Assembly (NCBI GenBank): GCA_048937405.1
Contig: JBHLNF010000009.1
Coordinates: 64,001 to 128,000, forward strand
Reading direction: 5' to 3'
DNA: 64,000 nucleotides
DNA from: Promethearchaeota archaeon
GTDB lineage: Archaea > Asgardarchaeota > Lokiarchaeia > Sigyniarchaeales > SOKP01
A program made the position numbers and the translations under genes. The notes under the pieces are model-generated. The model had not been told where the DNA came from, made no database searches, and was given only the letters and a program-made list of their open reading frames with translations. How positions within the stretch are numbered: the first letter of the stretch is position 1; each line of letters opens with the position of its first letter. Of the stretch, positions 31,204 through 40,397 are shown in pieces.

Positions 31204-32640
31204 ATGTCACAACAAAAGCTTTTTAATATTTTTGTGAATAAGTTGGAATTCGATCCCTTGGAATACTTGGTTTCCAGTGAAGAGCAAGAACTTACTGAGT
31301 TTCAGAAGAAAATGATTGAAAATGCAACAACAATCATGAAAGATAATATAATAGGAGAAATCAAAGCATTTGGTGGAAATCTCAAAGTAAATGAGGAAAA
31401 ATTTAAGGAATTTGAAAAAAAGCTTGATGAGGAATTAAAAAATGAAGAATTCGAGGATATCAAGAAAGAATTAAAGAGTTATCCTAAAAAACTACGAGAA
31501 TTAATTGAAAAAACTTGTGTAGCTATAGTTCCTGTAAAGGAAATGCCTTGGGTTGATTTAATATTTCGAACAATACCTCGTATTGTATTTAATGAAAAAT
31601 TAGAATTATTAGATAATATTATTGCTTATTATGGAGAAATTAAATGTGTAATTTCACGTCCAATAATTTTTGGGAAAATGAAGAATGAAAAACCATTATT
31701 TGCTCCAATAATGGGAAATATTGATTTAGGAGGGTATAAATTAGATGATACTCAGAAAGGGTCAAAAGCTCAAATTTTATCTTATATTTCTGCTATAATT
31801 GATTCACTTGATTCTAACATAAATAAAAATCATCTGGCAAAATATCATGAAGGATATCAAAGACATGGAGATCCAATTTGTGATTTTTTAATGAATAATA
31901 ATGAATTGATGAATTCCTTGGAACGGATTAGTTCTGGTATTGAATCAGAAAGAATAGCTTCAGATATTGCAGTATGCTGTATAGCAATTCCTCAAGTTGC
32001 TGATAAAAACACTTTAATATTAGTTACTGATGAAGGAAAAGATCCTAATAAATACTCAAGGTGTTTTGAATCTTTTTTAAGATTTTCTGCTGAATGTTGT
32101 AATGTTCCCACTCAACAATCTCAAGTTCCTACTCAAGCAGCATCACAACAAACTGGCGCAGTTAGAACTCCAGGTGGTCAAGAATTAAAAACTTGGACTG
32201 CTGAAGAATTAGCTCAGGAGGCTCAAAAACGGATGGCTTCTCAACCAGATATGCCCTCCTGGACAGAAGAAGAATTAACTAAATTTACTTCTGAACGTGG
32301 GACCGGATTACCTGAAGGAATGGAGGTTTGGACTGAGGATGAATTACATGAATTATCACGAAAAAGACAAGGAGGACTGGATATACCAGAATGGAAAGTG
32401 GATGAAAGTATGAAAGAATGCATTAAATGCGGCTATAGTTTAAGACCTGGATGGAGTCGTTGTCCAATTTGTGAAACTCCAGTAGACGCACAACCAGAAC
32501 AGGAGATCTCTGAAGAATCCAAGGAAATGGATTCTAAGGTACCTAAAGAAGATTTTTCTGAAAAAGATATTCAAGAAGTTAATGAGGAATCAAAAGAAGA
32601 ATCCTTAGAACAACTTAAAGATGAAAAAGAAGAGGACTAA
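31204..32640 (+). CDS. Unknown protein with WTxEEL repeats, zinc ribbon and acidic tail
   Basis: About 300 aa globular N-terminus, Q/T linker, three WT(A/E)(E/D)EL units, CIKC-x10-CPIC, E/K/D-rich tail. Confidence 0.8.
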   Translation: MSQQKLFNIFVNKLEFDPLEYLVSSEEQELTEFQKKMIENATTIMKDNIIGEIKAFGGNLKVNEEKFKEFEKKLDEELKNEEFEDIKKELKSYPKKLRELIEKTCVAIVPVKEMPWVDLIFRTIPRIVFNEKLELLDNIIAYYGEIKCVISRPIIFGKMKNEKPLFAPIMGNIDLGGYKLDDTQKGSKAQILSYISAIIDSLDSNINKNHLAKYHEGYQRHGDPICDFLMNNNELMNSLERISSGIESERIASDIAVCCIAIPQVADKNTLILVTDEGKDPNKYSRCFESFLRFSAECCNVPTQQSQVPTQAASQQTGAVRTPGGQELKTWTAEELAQEAQKRMASQPDMPSWTEEELTKFTSERGTGLPEGMEVWTEDELHELSRKRQGGLDIPEWKVDESMKECIKCGYSLRPGWSRCPICETPVDAQPEQEISEESKEMDSKVPKEDFSEKDIQEVNEESKEESLEQLKDEKEED

Positions 32641-32818
32641 TAAATTTCTTAATTTTTTATTTAAGTATGCAATTTTACCTTATAGATATCAATAAAAGGT
32701 AATTCTTCAATACTATATTCCAAAATCTTAATATTAAAAGAAATCAATAAGTTTCCCAACTTTTTTTAATTTAATTTTATTTTCAAAAATATATAAATTA
32801 AGCTTTTTGAATATATAG

Positions 32819-33817
32819 TTGCTACTTAACATATTTTTATTCAAAGGAAATAAGATCCAGGATTTACAAGATCTAAATATATATAGCTATCCCAATGAAA
32901 TTATCAGTATTGATAATAAAACACTAATCAATAAGATTATAAAGAATCATGATAAAGATAAATCTAGTCAAAAAACAAATTCAAATCAATTCACAATCGC
33001 GGAACCAATCGCTCAATTTATTGATGATTTAAATATATACTCTTCTTGTATTAATGGTAAAATCATTATTGGTTTAATTTTTGATAATGAAGATAATCCT
33101 TATGATTATAAAGAAATAATTGAGGAAGTACTGACTGAAATTTTGAATGATAATAATGGGTACTCCTTCAATGATGAGATTGAAGTTGAAAATTTACTAA
33201 TTTCTATGTTTATTGATATTAGAAGGTTTGGTGACGAAGTAATCGAAAAACCTCTTGATATTGAATATTATTATCAGACGGAATCCTTTTTCAAAATCTT
33301 TCTTTTTGGAATTGATGAAGTGGGAAAATCAAGTTTAATAAGACGAATGAAAACTGGTGAGTTTAATGATAATTTCTTTGTTCCAACAAGAAAATTCAAC
33401 ATTGAATATATCCCTGTAAAAGAAAAAGGTTTACTCGCAGTATGGGATATGCCAGGACAAAAATTATTTAGATCAAAATGGTTAAAAGGACTTCAGGATT
33501 CCAATATTATCATCTATATGATTGATGTAGCTAATCAAAGAAGGTTTGAAGAATCAAAAGAAGAGTTTTGGAATGTTTTGAATAACTATGAATTGAATGG
33601 AACGCCCCTACTTATATTAGGCAATAAGACAGATTTAGTAAAAGTTTCTAATGAGAGTAATGATGATCAACTAATCCTCTTGAAAGAAGAATTATTTAAT
33701 TTTTATGGTTTGAATAAAATAAAAAACCGAAAGTGGAAATTCCTATTTACCTCAGTTAAGACTAATTTTAATATCAGTAATGTAATTTCTGAGATATTTA
33801 ATCTACTCTCATCTTAA
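32819..33817 (+). CDS. Arf-like small GTPase with N-terminal extension (longin/uDENN-like)
   Basis: G1 GIDEVGKS, G2 PT, G3 WDMPGQ, G4 NKTD, G5 TSV. About 150 aa N-terminal domain (IIIGLIFDNEDNPYDYKEII). Confidence 0.85.
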   Translation: MLLNIFLFKGNKIQDLQDLNIYSYPNEIISIDNKTLINKIIKNHDKDKSSQKTNSNQFTIAEPIAQFIDDLNIYSSCINGKIIIGLIFDNEDNPYDYKEIIEEVLTEILNDNNGYSFNDEIEVENLLISMFIDIRRFGDEVIEKPLDIEYYYQTESFFKIFLFGIDEVGKSSLIRRMKTGEFNDNFFVPTRKFNIEYIPVKEKGLLAVWDMPGQKLFRSKWLKGLQDSNIIIYMIDVANQRRFEESKEEFWNVLNNYELNGTPLLILGNKTDLVKVSNESNDDQLILLKEELFNFYGLNKIKNRKWKFLFTSVKTNFNISNVISEIFNLLSS

Positions 33818-33907
33818 ATTAGAATCTATTATCTATTATCATATTACTATAATCCCTATAATAACAATGATAAGAAATAACATATTTTAACTCAAAATAA
33901 TAATCTT

Positions 33908-33961
33908 TAATGTTTTTTCTTTGGAAACCAAGGAATTAATCTTGAAACTTGTTTTTTATAA
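33908..33961 (-). pseudogene. Direct-repeat copy of the 3' end of the DUF1295 gene (matches 34595-34645)
   Basis: 33911-33961 versus 34595-34645: 48/51 identical. Encodes YKKQVSRLIPWFPKKKH* versus YKKQVSRLIPWIPKKKHQ. Confidence 0.92.
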
Positions 33962-34042
33962 AAATTTTTTTACTAAACTAGACAAAACTGTTAAAATAAT
34001 TTAATTCTTATTAATATTATTGTAAGAGGTAGAAATTGTATT

Positions 34043-34552
34043 ATGGTAAAAATTTATTGTTCCTATACCATCACAAATCCTCAAGAAATATATAATCCAA
34101 ATGATCAAATTTCAGGTATTTTTTATATTGAAAGCAAGGAAAAAGAAGGTAAAAAGGATAAAATATTAAAAAAAGTGGAAATTCATCTATGTGAAATATA
34201 TAAAGAAAAAGAAACGGATTTTGACATGGCAGTAGGATGGGGTACAAAAACTGAATGGTTTGAATATAAAAGGAAAATAAGAAAATATGAATTTAAAAGT
34301 AATATCAATATTAAATCAGGTGAAATAAAAAGCTATAAATTCGAAATCAAGCTGCCTTGGTGGACTCCAAGAGTTTCTGAAGATATTAGGGATTGGCACC
34401 TTGCTCTACTTTTTAAGCAGAAAACTGGTATGAAGTTAAATTTAGGTAAATCACCACTCAATGCTTATTATGTGATCCCCGTATTATATTCTGCTCGCCC
34501 AAGCTCCCCAATTAGTACTGCTGGAAGAAAAGAGGAAATTCCTAATTTTTAG
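34043..34552 (+). CDS. Arrestin-N/SpoOM-like beta-sandwich protein
   Basis: YNPNDQISG, IKSGEIKSYKFEIKLP pattern (Y.PG..I.G ...G...Y.F.F.LP). SD GAGGT upstream. Confidence 0.6.
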   Translation: MVKIYCSYTITNPQEIYNPNDQISGIFYIESKEKEGKKDKILKKVEIHLCEIYKEKETDFDMAVGWGTKTEWFEYKRKIRKYEFKSNINIKSGEIKSYKFEIKLPWWTPRVSEDIRDWHLALLFKQKTGMKLNLGKSPLNAYYVIPVLYSARPSSPISTAGRKEEIPNF

Positions 34553-34569
34553 GAGCTCCTAAAAAAACT

Positions 34570-35493
34570 TTAATGACTATCGAAAGTAGTTTGATGTTTT
34601 TTCTTAGGAATCCAAGGTATTAATCTTGAAACTTGTTTTTTATAATTTATATAACTAGGTTTCCTTTCTAAATTTCTCCTTTCCATTAGAGGAATACTTA
34701 CTGCATTGAAAAGTATAGTTATAGAAATTGGACCAACAATCGTCCAATAATAGGATACATTCGCTGCTAAGGCAAAAAGAAATAATCCCCACCAAAATAA
34801 TATTTCTCCAAAATAATTTGGGTGTCTCGAAAAAGCCCATAATCCCTTTGTAATAATCTCTTGATTGCTTTTTCGTTTTTTAATAAATTTATAAAGCTGT
34901 TGATCAGCTAGTGCTTCTATAAGTATTGCAATAATCATAACTAAAAATGCAAAAATATCGATAATCCCGATTCTGTTTGCAGCTAAAGAAAATATTGGAT
35001 ATAGTGAAGTTGCCCCTAAATACACCAAGATTGTAGGCATTAATTGTAAGCCAATAAGATTGATAATCCAAAACTCTTTCCCCATTTTTAATCTGTAATT
35101 TTTATACCTCCAATCTTCATGCTTTAACCCTTGCCATTGACGTAACCAGTTATAAGTTAATCGAATTGACCAAATGGTAATGAGGATAGCAACAATTATA
35201 CTCCGTTGATAACCATATTTACTTGATGAGGTAAAAAGTAAATAATATAATGTTATTATTAATGGTGCTACACTCCAATAAGGATCATAAAAACTTGTAT
35301 TCTTGAAAATCGAGCTTATTATAAAAATAACAACTGTTCCCACTAAATCAGCGAATAAAATCATTAATAAAGGGTGTAAATGCCTGAATAAAATTCCAAC
35401 CATAATTGATATTGTACTTGCAATAATATAGGAAATTGTACAATACGCATATGCTTTGAATATTGATTTATTGTGTCTAGTGATATCTTTCAT
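34570..35493 (-). CDS. DUF1295 membrane protein (steroid 5-alpha-reductase/ICMT-like)
   Basis: YDPYWS, WSIRL, EDWRY, ADQQL, GLWAFSRHPNYFGE, Y..YKKQVS..IPW. Confidence 0.92.
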   Translation of the reverse strand: MKDITRHNKSIFKAYAYCTISYIIASTISIMVGILFRHLHPLLMILFADLVGTVVIFIISSIFKNTSFYDPYWSVAPLIITLYYLLFTSSSKYGYQRSIIVAILITIWSIRLTYNWLRQWQGLKHEDWRYKNYRLKMGKEFWIINLIGLQLMPTILVYLGATSLYPIFSLAANRIGIIDIFAFLVMIIAILIEALADQQLYKFIKKRKSNQEIITKGLWAFSRHPNYFGEILFWWGLFLFALAANVSYYWTIVGPISITILFNAVSIPLMERRNLERKPSYINYKKQVSRLIPWIPKKKHQTTFDSH

Positions 35494-35533
35494 ATCTAAC
35501 TCACATTTCCCATTTCTGGTTAAGATTAATTCA

Positions 35534-35552
35534 ATAGATTTATTAAATCTAT
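35534..35552. promoter_or_regulatory. Perfect 9-1-9 palindrome around a TATA-like core between divergent DUF1295 and cdhA
   Basis: ATAGATTTA-T-TAAATCTAT. The same AGATT-N5-AATCT core occurs at 24979-24993 and 38633-38647. Confidence 0.5.
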
Positions 35553-35741
35553 GGAATTCTTTGAAATTACAATATCTTAATGGATTAATTAGAGTGAAAT
35601 TTCACACTTTTTTCAATTAATAGAGATTAGATTTTGAGTTTTGGAATATAATAATTAAAATAAAATCTAATATAACTCTAATTATAATCAAATATCAAAA
35701 AAACAAAAAAACAAAAAAATAAAAATTGATGTGAGAAACCT

Positions 35742-38087
35742 TTGGAAAAGAGAGGAGCCAAAGTAAAAATTGATGAATATAAAGGGCCTTTAGGTACAAT
35801 TAAAGGATTTGAATTAACAACAGGTAAAGTTTCTTATGGCGATGAAACTGAATGGGAACCTATGGGACCACATCCAATGCCACATATTCCAACTCTACGT
35901 TCATGGTTTTTCAAAATGATGAAAAGATATAAGCCTTTCTATATGCCAATTTGTGATATGTGCTGTTTATGCACATATGGGAAATGTAATCTTTCCAAGG
36001 GGCGAACAGGTGCATGTGGGATCAATATGGAGACACAACAGAGCCGAATAGTAGAGATTGCTTGTTGTATAGGAGCAGCGTGCCATTCTGCACACGGAGA
36101 TCATCTATTACATTGGTTAAAAGAAAAATATGGTAATGTTCCCATTAATTTCGGTAATAATATAGCCGTTGAGATGCCTCATACAAGATTAGTTGTTGGT
36201 ATGAAACCTGAAACTTTAGAAGATTTAGAAACCGCTATGGAGTGGGTGCATTTTACAATAACACACTTATTAGCAGCTGGACATACAGGACAAGAAAGTT
36301 CTTATTTAGATTATGAATCGAAAAGCTTTTTAGCAGGCTTAGCAGATTCAGTTGGTATGGAGATTTCTGACGCTGTTCAAATTGCTGCATACGGATTTCC
36401 TATGGGAGACCCAGATGTTCCAATAGTAGAACTTGGTATGGGAACATTAGATACAAGTAAGGCTGTAATTTTAATGATTGGACATAATGTTGCCCCTGGA
36501 GTCGAATTAGTTGATTATATAAGAGAAAAAGGTATAGACGATAAGGTAGATGTTGGAGCAATTTGTTGCACTGCTCATGATTTAACTAGATATTATGATG
36601 GTGCTAAGATTGTAGGTTCAATGTCAAGACAGCTTCATGTTATTCGATCAGGGATTCCAGATGTTGTAATGGTTGATGAACAATGTGTAAATCTAAGATC
36701 ATTTGAGCAAGCCCAATTGATTGGTGCTCCTTTTATCGCTACAAATGAAAAGAATATGAGTGGGTTACCTGATAGAACAAATGATCCAATCAATGAAATT
36801 GTTGATGATTTAGTAAGTGGAAAGGAACCAGGAGTCTTAATTTTAGATCCAATAAAAGCTGGTGCAGTGGCATCCGAAACGGCATTAAAAGTCAAACCTA
36901 TTAGAAAAGCAAAAAGTGGAGTTCCTGATGAACAAGGTTGTATTGATATGGCGATGAATTGTAATGGTTGTGGTAATTGCCAGAGAAATTGTCCAAACGA
37001 TTTACCCCTTGTAGAAGGAGTAAAATTGGCAAAGGATGGGGATTTTTCAGTATTGGCTGGAGTATTTGATGACTGTTTAGGATGTGGACGATGTGAGGGA
37101 GATTGCATGAAGGGTGTGTCTCCTTTGACTTTATTACAGTATGCTGCTAGAGAAAAGATTAGAAATGAGAAATTTAACTGTCGAGTAGGGCGCGGGCCTA
37201 TTATGGATACAGAAATTAGGAATGTTGGTGCTCCCATTGTCTTGGGAGAAATTCCAGGAATTGTTGCAATTATTGGATGTGCAAGTTATGCTCATGAAAT
37301 TCAAGAACTTTATAAAATGGCTGAAGAATTTCTAACTAGAAATTACATAGTTGTAGTCTCAGGCTGTGGAGCAATGGATATTGGTCTTGTAAAGGATGAA
37401 GAAGGGAAGACATTATATGATAGATTTCCAGGTGATTTTGATAGAGGCGGTTTAGTAAATGTAGGAAGTTGTGTAAGTAATCCTCATATTACTGGAGCTG
37501 CTATTAAAGTTGCTAATATCTTTGCTCGAAGACCATTACGTGGTAATTTTGAAGAAATTGCGGATTATGTTTTAAACAGAGTTGGTGCAGTTGGTGTTGC
37601 ATGGGGAGCTATGTCTCAAAAGGCAGCTAGTATAGCTAGTATGGCAAATGGTTTAGGTGTGCCTGCTGTTTGTGGACCTCATGCCGCAGAATATAGAAGA
37701 ATGTATATTGGACGCTCTGATGATGAAGATGTTTGGAAAGTGTTCAATGCTCGAGATGGAACAGCTGATCATCTAGTTGGACCTGGACCTGAACATCTAT
37801 TAACAACCGCGGAAAGTATAGAACAAGCTATCTGTTTAGTCGCCAAACTAGCTTTAAGACCAGCAGATAATTCTAAAGGACGAATGATAAAATTATCTCA
37901 TTGGATCGATTTAGAGAGAAAATATAAGGGTGTTAAATTCCCTAATGATTTAGAGAAATTTATCCGTCTAGAAGCTGATATTCCTATTAATATGAAAGAT
38001 GAAATAATGGCATATCTGAAAGAAAAAGGATGGAAACCAAAAGAGATAGTAGATCCAACACTTTTAAAAAGACTATGTAGGACCTAA
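35742..38087 (+). CDS. cdhA: CO dehydrogenase/acetyl-CoA synthase complex alpha subunit (Ni-CODH)
   Basis: CDMCCLCTYGKC, C-cluster ligands GHN, ICCT, IIGC, SGC, GSC, SQKA; two ferredoxin-type motifs CNGCGNC..NCP and CLGCGRC..DC. Confidence 0.97.
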   Translation: MEKRGAKVKIDEYKGPLGTIKGFELTTGKVSYGDETEWEPMGPHPMPHIPTLRSWFFKMMKRYKPFYMPICDMCCLCTYGKCNLSKGRTGACGINMETQQSRIVEIACCIGAACHSAHGDHLLHWLKEKYGNVPINFGNNIAVEMPHTRLVVGMKPETLEDLETAMEWVHFTITHLLAAGHTGQESSYLDYESKSFLAGLADSVGMEISDAVQIAAYGFPMGDPDVPIVELGMGTLDTSKAVILMIGHNVAPGVELVDYIREKGIDDKVDVGAICCTAHDLTRYYDGAKIVGSMSRQLHVIRSGIPDVVMVDEQCVNLRSFEQAQLIGAPFIATNEKNMSGLPDRTNDPINEIVDDLVSGKEPGVLILDPIKAGAVASETALKVKPIRKAKSGVPDEQGCIDMAMNCNGCGNCQRNCPNDLPLVEGVKLAKDGDFSVLAGVFDDCLGCGRCEGDCMKGVSPLTLLQYAAREKIRNEKFNCRVGRGPIMDTEIRNVGAPIVLGEIPGIVAIIGCASYAHEIQELYKMAEEFLTRNYIVVVSGCGAMDIGLVKDEEGKTLYDRFPGDFDRGGLVNVGSCVSNPHITGAAIKVANIFARRPLRGNFEEIADYVLNRVGAVGVAWGAMSQKAASIASMANGLGVPAVCGPHAAEYRRMYIGRSDDEDVWKVFNARDGTADHLVGPGPEHLLTTAESIEQAICLVAKLALRPADNSKGRMIKLSHWIDLERKYKGVKFPNDLEKFIRLEADIPINMKDEIMAYLKEKGWKPKEIVDPTLLKRLCRT

Positions 38088-38092
38088 GATAA

Positions 38093-38120
38093 TTTTTCTT
38101 ATTTTTTTTTCTATTTTTTT
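38093..38120 (+). terminator. Oligo-T terminator of cdhA
   Basis: TTTTTCTTATTTTTTTTTCTATTTTTTT directly after the stop. Confidence 0.6.
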
Positions 38121-38197
38121 AGTTTCGTTTATAAAATAATAGGTTTACTAGACTATATTAAAATTTATTAAATTAGATTAGACTACTATTTAACTAA

Positions 38198-38587
38198 TTA
38201 TTTTAATAACCATTCTTTAGCATCTTCCATTGAGGATACTGCTTTAGCATTTAATCCTGAGAATTTATTCACAACATTAAGAAGTATTTTTTTTACACCT
38301 GTTATCCCTACAACAGCAGTTTTTTTTAAAAGTGGTTTTGATTTCTTACCAGATTCAACAAATGCATCAACTGCTTCTTTATTCGCATATGATCCAGTTA
38401 CATCAACTATTAATAAAATATCTTTTTTTCCTGATTGAAATGTAAGATCAGTAATTTTTTTGATTAAGGGTGCAAATTGTTCGGGATAAATATTAGTATA
38501 ATCATCAAGAAGAATTTCTTGTCCCTTGTAGTTAATCCATTTCATTCGCTTTTTAGCTTCAGCATCAAAATCTTTAATTTCTTGCAT
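38198..38587 (-). CDS. SpoIIAA/STAS-like small alpha/beta protein
   Basis: WINYKGQEIL..DY, LLIVDVTG, KTAVVGITG.KKILL pattern. Confidence 0.6.
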   Translation of the reverse strand: MQEIKDFDAEAKKRMKWINYKGQEILLDDYTNIYPEQFAPLIKKITDLTFQSGKKDILLIVDVTGSYANKEAVDAFVESGKKSKPLLKKTAVVGITGVKKILLNVVNKFSGLNAKAVSSMEDAKEWLLK

Positions 38588-38717
38588 AGTAATTCAATTC
38601 TGATTGAATTCAAATAATCTAACAATAGACTAAGATTATATAAATCTATTCAAATAGAAAAGCTAAAACTTAATGTGAAAAGAATCTTATCATTACAAAA
38701 TAAGATCAAACTAAGAG

Positions 38718-38942
38718 ATGTATGGTATTTTGGATAAACAAGACAAGGATATTTTAAAATTATCAAAACTATGTAAACATTGGGCTGAACATAATGATTC
38801 CCATAAGGAAAATTTTATGAAATGGAGAAATATAGCAAAAGAAAAAGGTTTAGTATCTATAGCTGAAAAATTAGATGATGCAATTAGAATGTTAGATAAG
38901 TGTAATGAGTATTTAATTTCAGCAAATCAAGAATTAGAATAA
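38718..38942 (+). CDS. Small helical His-motif protein (HWxEHNxxH), putative metal-binding
   Basis: KLCKHWAEHNDSHKENF..W; 74 aa or fewer (alternative TTG start at 38730). Confidence 0.65.
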   Translation: MYGILDKQDKDILKLSKLCKHWAEHNDSHKENFMKWRNIAKEKGLVSIAEKLDDAIRMLDKCNEYLISANQELE

Positions 38943-38966
38943 ACTTTAAAAATTTCATAAAGATAT

Positions 38967-40175
38967 TTAGAGAAAGAGATTAATTAGTGGGAGTAATTGT
39001 TCCCTAAAGTAATCGAGTCTTCCGTCTAATAATTCTGGGTTTTCTGAAAGCATCCATAAATATACAGGAATTTGTAATTCTGAATATTCAAATAGTTTTT
39101 CTCCACATATACTAAAACCATTAAGTGGCAAATCCAGTTTTATTGAATTTTCCCTTATTAAGCCAATTGAGTTGTAGAAGTTTGAGAGTGTTTGAAGTAA
39201 TAATGCTGTGTTATTTACTAACATTTCATCTGTATCTGACCCAGTATAGCTTCCAAAAATCAAACCATCCATTGATACTAAACTTGAAGCTTTTGCTTCT
39301 ACTTGATGGGCAAACTCTTCGAGTATATGTTCGATTATTTCAGAAGTATCAGATACTTTCTTTAGAGCTACACTGAACATTTGCATTATTGTTTCTCTCT
39401 GAAAAATCGTTGTATCACAATAATCGACTGAGAATCCTTCAAATTCCTTAGCTATACTGTTAAATTTGTTTTTTATACTTGTTACATTTTGCTGCCATTG
39501 AAGTGTTTTTCGTATGTCTTGATCACTCTTGCTTAAAACAACCAAAACTGAAGGCAATTCATGTAATTCTTGCAATACTTTTAAAACTTCTCGAAAATAA
39601 TTAGCAGCTTCAGGAATTCTATCAGGATCTTGGCTATCTACTACATATAACATAATATCCGCTTCAGTGAAAAATAGTTCTGGTCTATTAAAATATAGCT
39701 TCTCTCTGTACTGCACCTGTCCACCAAGATCCCAACTTATAATTGGATATCCAAAAAAATCGAGCTTCTCTCTTTTTACACCTCTAGTTGGTAAAAGAGA
39801 TTTAATAATAGAAAATTTATCTTGAACTACTGCAAGAATAGATGTTTTTCCTCCATTGTCAAGCCCTATCATCAATAGCTTTTTATGGCGTCTTAGTTGT
39901 TCCTTTATATTTTTCTGTATTACTTGAGCGATTTTTACCCATTTCAATAGCATACTAGGTAGAATCTCTTTTATCTCAGGAAGATTTGCTACAGATAAAT
40001 TTGCGAGTTCTTCAATATTTTTGATGCCTTCATTAGCCAAATGCTCAGAACTGATTTTATCAACACCTATTAACGTATCTGGTTTAAATCTTAGCACTTC
40101 ATCAATTTCATTAATCAGAACATTCCTTTTAAAGAAGTCTTTAATGGCTACACTCTTACTACTGTTTTCGGACAT
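38967..40175 (-). CDS. Arf/Rag-like small GTPase with N-terminal HhH-like and C-terminal roadblock-like domains
   Basis: G1 GLDNGGKTS, PTRG, WDLGGQ.YR, YVVD, SKSD, TTI; C-terminal ASSLVSMDGLIFG; N-terminal LIGVD....LANEGIKNIEELA. Confidence 0.88.
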   Translation of the reverse strand: MSENSSKSVAIKDFFKRNVLINEIDEVLRFKPDTLIGVDKISSEHLANEGIKNIEELANLSVANLPEIKEILPSMLLKWVKIAQVIQKNIKEQLRRHKKLLMIGLDNGGKTSILAVVQDKFSIIKSLLPTRGVKREKLDFFGYPIISWDLGGQVQYREKLYFNRPELFFTEADIMLYVVDSQDPDRIPEAANYFREVLKVLQELHELPSVLVVLSKSDQDIRKTLQWQQNVTSIKNKFNSIAKEFEGFSVDYCDTTIFQRETIMQMFSVALKKVSDTSEIIEHILEEFAHQVEAKASSLVSMDGLIFGSYTGSDTDEMLVNNTALLLQTLSNFYNSIGLIRENSIKLDLPLNGFSICGEKLFEYSELQIPVYLWMLSENPELLDGRLDYFREQLLPLINLFL

Positions 40176-40397
40176 TAAACATCAAATTTAATTATTAATT
40201 TTCTTTTAACTAGTATTTTTATCTTTACTAGTAAAAAAAGGTATTATTAAATATATATTAATATTTGTAAAAAAAAACTTTATCTAATTGAAGTAGTATT
40301 AATTAATTAGTAATTAATAAAAGTATAAAAAATCAATTAATCAATATACCTATTTTCTATATTTAGGATAAGATAAACTTGAATTAGTTTAAATAAA

